From Felis catus (lineage: Eukaryota): a DNA stretch of 64,000 nt. This document shows positions 63,335 through 64,000 of this stretch, piece by piece (positions within the stretch are counted from its first letter, which is position 1; each line of letters starts with the position of its first letter). The DNA lies in NCBI RefSeq assembly GCF_018350175.1, contig NC_058373.1, forward strand, positions 104,534,001 through 104,598,000, in the 5' to 3' direction. The translations under genes were made by a program, and so were the position numbers. Under the pieces are notes generated by a model. The model saw only the letters and a list, made by a program, of their open reading frames with translations. It had not been told where the DNA came from and searched no databases.

Positions 63335-63950
63335 ATTTCAAGGCCTTCTAAAATTTTTTGTGCCCATTTGCTAAACCCCTCCTCTGACCTTTAGTTCCTG
63401 GAAACCACTGATTTGCTTTATGTCCCTATAAATTTATGTCTTTCTCAAAAGCCATAAAAATGAAATCATATAGTTTTAGCCTTCTGAATCTGGCTTCTTT
63501 CACTTAGCACAAAGTATTGGAAACTCATGCATGTTGTCACATGAGTTATTTCATTTATTTTTATTGCTATGTAGCATTTCACTGTATGATGTACTACTGT
63601 TTGTTTTTTCATTTACCAGTTAAAGGACATTGGGATATTTTCAGAGTTTTGCAATTCTGAATAAAGTTGCCATAAACATACACGCACAAGATTTTAAGTG
63701 AGCGTAAGTTTTCACATTTCTTGGGTAAATCTAAAGGTGAGATAGCTGCCAAACTATTTTCAAACTTGACTGCATCATTTTGTATTCTTATCAGAAACAT
63801 ATGAGAATTCCAGTTGTTCCACATCCTCATCAGCACTCGATAATATCAGTTGTATCTGTGTGTGTGTGTGTTTCTTATTTTAGATATCATAAATAGTGGT
63901 ATCTCAATGTCATTTTAATTCATATTTCCCTAATGGCTAATGATGTTGGT
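63335..63950 (-). mobile_element. Ancient L1M 3' region
   Basis: cctggaaaccactgatttgc...tctggcttctttcacttagc...gaattccagttgttccacatcctcatcagcac. Confidence 0.85.
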
Positions 63951-64000
63951 TTGTAGGGTTTTTTTGTTTGTTTGGTTTCTTTTAATGTCAGAATGATGGT

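Noticed and set aside
1..64000. Inferring a host gene and strand from retroelement orientation bias
   Set aside because: L1 and LTR copies occur on both strands in similar numbers and no coding exon was recognised, so intronic versus intergenic cannot be decided

Overview
Repeat-rich, non-coding mammalian genomic DNA from a cat-family (Felidae) genome. The taxon call rests on about 28 tRNA-derived Can-SINEs, including six young SINEC_Fc-type copies. Also present: several 5'-truncated, dead LINE-1 copies (one twin-primed inversion), ancient L1M/L2/MIR fragments, MaLR/ERVL solo LTRs (MLT1, LTR16-, LTR33-, LTR40-like), hAT MITEs (MER20, MER5A, MER53) and a pogo/Tigger relic split by an L1. I found no recognisable host protein-coding exon, RNA gene or CRISPR array. 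The long ORFs are L1 ORF2 debris, SINE read-through or simple repeats. The most unusual structures are at 18.9-20.0 kb: a 67-nt fold-back made of two SINE heads, and a head-to-head SINE pair whose shared target site appears flipped. A 549-nt pure-purine tract at 45.5 kb is also notable. I cannot support a new biological system here. Repeat subfamily names come from recalled consensus sequences, not a database search, and the boundaries of ancient repeats are approximate.
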